Shown here: positions 47,367 to 50,653 of the stretch, in pieces
Position numbering within the stretch: the first letter of the stretch is position 1
How the letters are laid out: each line of letters begins with the position of its first letter
Origin: a virus
Taxonomy: Duplodnaviria; Caudoviricetes
DNA: 50,653 nucleotides
IMG/VR virus record: IMGVR_UViG_3300019879_000025
Span: 1 to 50,653 of that record
Direction: 5' to 3' (one strand)
Notes under the pieces: model-generated
What the model saw: only the letters and a program-made list of their open reading frames with translations
Databases searched by the model: none
Told to the model about the DNA's origin: nothing
Translations under genes and position numbers: made by a program

Positions 47367-47505
47367 GCACGATTAAGCTACGCAGATAAGAAGCTATACT
47401 GCATCCCTCAAAATCAGCAGCCCGCTTGAGGTGGGCTATCTGTCCTACTGTCGGCCTGAAGTCGAATCGTCCGCGTTTAACTGGTTGCATAAACTTAACG
47501 GACAC
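47290..47505 (-). CDS. Ribbon-helix-helix DNA-binding protein (putative)
   Basis: RFDFRPT...LKRAADFEGCSIASYLRSLI fits the RHH pattern. Confidence 0.6.
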   Translation of the reverse strand: MSVKFMQPVKRGRFDFRPTVGQIAHLKRAADFEGCSIASYLRSLIVRDMQKEAKRRRRHAVQGLPRTRLQT

Positions 47506-47747
47506 AATTTAACACAAACAATCCACAATCGGATAGTGGAAATCTACAGTCTTGGTATCAGACAGGCTACCCGCTGCCCCGTACGGCCTTCGACTGGTCC
47601 ACCACAATACTGCCGAGAATCAAAGTGTTCACCAAAAACGTCATCGAAACGTCACTAGCGCAGCGCTCGACTATATCAAACGCTCGATCCGCGTGGGGTT
47701 AAATGTGAATCCGTATAGTGTGGTTCATTCATTTGGGATTTATATAC

Positions 47748-48026
47748 TTAAGTCCCTAACTCCTGCTGTCTTGCAGTTTGAGCGGCTTTATCTGGGTCTT
47801 TGCATGGTGTCTGCCTACCCATGATTACAGGAGCGCCACACTTTCCAGGTTCGCAATAACAACCCTCTGGAGATTGCGTACTAGGCTCACGTAAGAGGCT
47901 TCCTTGAAGGTTCTTGCGCCGCAAATAGTCTTGTGCTTGCGTAACCAGTTTTACGTTTGGGTGTCTGCGACATAGGCGCTTTATCAGCATCGCTAGATCG
48001 TCGCAATTCGGACAACGTTCCGTCAT
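47748..48026 (-). CDS. Hypothetical protein (92 aa)
   Basis: RBS GGAGG; DDLAMLIKRL...QAQDYLRRKNLQGSLLR. Confidence 0.6.
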   Translation of the reverse strand: MTERCPNCDDLAMLIKRLCRRHPNVKLVTQAQDYLRRKNLQGSLLREPSTQSPEGCYCEPGKCGAPVIMGRQTPCKDPDKAAQTARQQELGT

Positions 48027-48069
48027 TTCCTAACCTCCAAGGGAGTCATCTATATAATTCCCATTCATT

Positions 48070-48381
48070 TCACAACTCCTTTTCGCTCCACCTGCACCCA
48101 CATGGAGGCTCAAGGAGATCACCAGCGTGATCCTTGAGTGCGCTTCCATGCGGACAGCGAGGCAAAGGATGGTGTTTCTTGACATGGTTGATGGCGTCGA
48201 TGAGATTGTGAACGCTACGGCGCTCAGATTGTTCCTCGGTTTGGCCAGAGAGACACAGACGGCAATTGGTTTTGATGCCGCGCTTGGGGTGAACCCATGA
48301 GCCAGGGTCTTTCGGGTCGCAGAATGGTTTGAGCCTTCCGCGAACCCGAAAGAGTTTATGAATGAGATTCTTGGATGCCAT
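48070..48381 (-). CDS. Cys/His-rich hypothetical protein
   Basis: Probable TGATG-coupled start MASKNL at 48381; CRLC, CPHG, PCGC. Confidence 0.5.
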   Translation of the reverse strand: MASKNLIHKLFRVRGRLKPFCDPKDPGSWVHPKRGIKTNCRLCLSGQTEEQSERRSVHNLIDAINHVKKHHPLPRCPHGSALKDHAGDLLEPPCGCRWSEKEL

Positions 48382-48926
48382 CAGTTGATCCCGTCCTCGA
48401 GAAGCCAAACGACATTCTGGGCACAGCCCAATGGGCAGTCCGTTGACGGATTGGTGACTCCGCTGGTGGAGTGCAACCTGAGAACCGTACCGGCTGGCAG
48501 GTTGAGGTTGATCTGCCATTTGTGCCATTGCTGACCAGCAATGGCCGTGCTGTCCTTGTCAAACTCGTCGGGGAAATATCTCTGCTGTCCGTCAGGAAGA
48601 TCTACGGTGAGTTCTATTCCAACTTCTTCCATGGACCGTGCATTGGTTCCGATCCAACTTTCAATGAATTTTGCGTTGATCGGACGGCTGAGGGTAACGA
48701 CAGAAGAATCTTCTGCACTGATAGGGTTGGTTCCGGTCGTGGTGTAATTGCATGGGCCCCAGCCGACCTTGAGCACCCCTGGTTTATCGATCATGGTTAC
48801 GGCCGCCGGGCAGTTGAGGCTAAGGGTAGAGTTTGCTGCCGCGTGTACAGCAGGGATTAACTGTATGCTTCCCCCACCGCACCCAATGGCTGCAACGAGT
48901 AATACTGATAAAGCAATTCTTTTCAT
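48381..48926 (-). CDS. Lipoprotein (181 aa)
   Basis: MKRIALSVLLVAAIG|C lipobox; RBS AAGGAG. Confidence 0.7.
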   Translation of the reverse strand: MKRIALSVLLVAAIGCGGGSIQLIPAVHAAANSTLSLNCPAAVTMIDKPGVLKVGWGPCNYTTTGTNPISAEDSSVVTLSRPINAKFIESWIGTNARSMEEVGIELTVDLPDGQQRYFPDEFDKDSTAIAGQQWHKWQINLNLPAGTVLRLHSTSGVTNPSTDCPLGCAQNVVWLLEDGIN

Positions 48927-48944
48927 GTTTTTACCGCTCCTTTT

Positions 48945-50653
48945 TTAGAATGTTGGGACTGCTACGCTCAGCGCGATTGCGACTGGCTGAACCCATACCG
49001 GCTGGCTGGCCAACAGCAACGACTGGCCAGACCACGCGAGAAGAAGTGTTTGGGCCATTACGCTTGAGATTGCCTCTGCCGCTGCCGGCGGGACTGCGTT
49101 ACCGATACGCTCACGCTTGGCTGAATCGGACTTGCCACACAGATCAAAGCCTTCCGGGTTGAATAACTCGTCGGGGTCAACCAGGGACTGGAGTGCCGCA
49201 AGTTCCAGTGTGGTGAATGGCCTGTGCCATGTGTTATCGAGCGCACGAATCACGCAGACGAGTTTATCGTCGATTGCCGGCATTCTTGGATCAGCGACGG
49301 CGAATGCGCCTTCCTCGGAGTGGTGGCCGCCGATCACCGTCGAGGTTGCCCCATCCCATTCAGTTACCTTGTACTTACCGAAGGGTTTTGATGCCGGTTG
49401 CCGAGGGTCCGCGACTGACGCCGCGCCACCAGCTGTATGGCTGGCTCCGGTGATCACCCGTGCGTGCTCATCCCATCTTACTATTCGGTAGATGTTCTGG
49501 TGGTACTCGCGCGGCATGCGCGGGTCCGCTACGGAGAACGTCCCTTGCCCTGGCGAGCGCTGTCCAGTAATCGTCCCGGACGTGTCCCCCCAACGATTGA
49601 CGCCATACTGCTGGTATTCCTCAGAGCCCACCGGTTGCCGCGGATCAGCGACTGAGAACGGGCCATTGGATGGTTCCGAGCGTCCCTGGACTGTGCGTGA
49701 TGAATCCTTCCAGTCGAGGACGCCATAGCCCTGCTCGTAGGCGCTCTGTCTTGGGTCAGCAACTGAGAACTTCCCGTTCTCCGGCCTAGATGCGCCGGCG
49801 ACGGTGCCGCTTGGTTCGTTCCAGTCCGTTACGCCTAGGCGTCCTGAACCCTCCCAGACGGTGTCGGGTACGATCAGGTAATCCGAAAGTTTTCCGTCTT
49901 TGACGTTGAGTTTGTTGAGTGATCGCCAATCCGAGCCGGCTTCGACGAACGCGAGCCGTACCCAGGTCTTCCACTGGAGTTTAGGGATTGAGTGCATGGG
50001 CCCGCCCGCCGGATCGCCAGAAAGTGGCATCTTGCCAAGAATCTCGCCGACCGTGCGCAGCGCCCGCTTGGGTGGTTCGTACAGGAAGGGTGGAACCTTG
50101 GCCACGTTGCGCGCCACCAGGAGGAAGCGCTTGCGCGATTGCGCCAACCCGCCGAGGACCCCACAGTCGTGAGTGGTTTCCGCGACTGCATAGCCATAGG
50201 TCTTGAGTAGGGCGACAATCTGGTCCAGGAGTTTGCGCCCGCGGTTCTGGATGCGCGGGACGTTCTCGAAGATGAAGAACTCCGGTAGATCGTCAGCGAA
50301 TGCCTCGAGCGTGAGCCAGATGCCTCTAAGTGTCAGAGCGTTGAGCGCCTGATACTTAGGGGTTAAGCTGCGCACCTGGGACAAGAGACCGCTGAAGCCC
50401 TTGCACGGTGCGGAGAGCGCCACGATGTGCGGGCGCTCGTAGTTGGCGGCTTTACGGATGTCCTGTGGTGTCGCCTCTCGCCAATCGGTTGGTGGCTCAC
50501 AGCCATGGAAAGCGATGTACTGCTCGCGGTTGAACAGATCCATGCAGGTCGCGAGGGTGCCGACGATACGCCCGAAGTCGCGACATGAGGCCTTATCGAC
50601 GTCGATAGCGCCGATGCAGCGCATGGTTGCTTTGAGATTTCCGACTCGCGCGT
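48945..50653 (-). CDS. C5 cytosine DNA methyltransferase, 5'-partial, with five internal repeats
   Basis: SAPCKGFS (IV), FENVP (VI), QSRKR (VIII), RPFTTLELAALQ (IX), IGNAVPP (X). Frame is open to the window edge. Confidence 0.92.
   Translation of the reverse strand, partial: ARVGNLKATMRCIGAIDVDKASCRDFGRIVGTLATCMDLFNREQYIAFHGCEPPTDWREATPQDIRKAANYERPHIVALSAPCKGFSGLLSQVRSLTPKYQALNALTLRGIWLTLEAFADDLPEFFIFENVPRIQNRGRKLLDQIVALLKTYGYAVAETTHDCGVLGGLAQSRKRFLLVARNVAKVPPFLYEPPKRALRTVGEILGKMPLSGDPAGGPMHSIPKLQWKTWVRLAFVEAGSDWRSLNKLNVKDGKLSDYLIVPDTVWEGSGRLGVTDWNEPSGTVAGASRPENGKFSVADPRQSAYEQGYGVLDWKDSSRTVQGRSEPSNGPFSVADPRQPVGSEEYQQYGVNRWGDTSGTITGQRSPGQGTFSVADPRMPREYHQNIYRIVRWDEHARVITGASHTAGGAASVADPRQPASKPFGKYKVTEWDGATSTVIGGHHSEEGAFAVADPRMPAIDDKLVCVIRALDNTWHRPFTTLELAALQSLVDPDELFNPEGFDLCGKSDSAKRERIGNAVPPAAAEAISSVMAQTLLLAWSGQSLLLASQPVWVQPVAIALSVAVPTF

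Noticed and set aside
1-50653. CRISPR array, DGR (TR/VR plus RT), integrase/att site, stop-codon reassignment
   Set aside because: No regularly spaced repeats, RT or integrase motifs seen. Genes end normally at TAA, TAG and TGA with dense standard-code ORFs.

Overview
This window is a 50.6-kb piece of a tailed dsDNA phage or prophage (~57% GC by eye; host unknown, Gram-negative suggested by lipoprotein and Sec-signal genes). Almost every gene is on the minus strand. In transcription order (right to left) it holds: a C5 DNA methyltransferase, small accessory genes and a metallophosphoesterase; an IS1595-type element (25-bp TIRs, 8-bp TSD) carrying a trypsin-like protease and splitting a small gene next to an Acb2/Tad1-like gene; a signal-peptide-bearing beta-helix tailspike-like protein; a lysis cluster; a ~310-nt structured non-coding region, tRNA-Trp and a frameshifted BCS1-like AAA ATPase; three more signal-peptide-bearing fibre-like proteins; small head-associated genes (HiPIP-like, KTSC); portal, scaffold, major capsid, GroES-like, adaptor and nozzle genes of podovirus type; ejection proteins; a degenerate tRNA-Met; and a >3000-aa polyvalent protein running off the left edge. 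That giant protein is missing from the ORF track and contains GNAT, RelA/SpoT-like, 2H phosphodiesterase and N6-adenine methyltransferase domains. The most striking observations are four virion-like proteins with Sec signal peptides and even Cys counts (one directly downstream of the BCS1-like gene), the multi-enzyme giant protein, and the large structured RNA candidate. All family assignments come from motif recognition by eye, not database searches.
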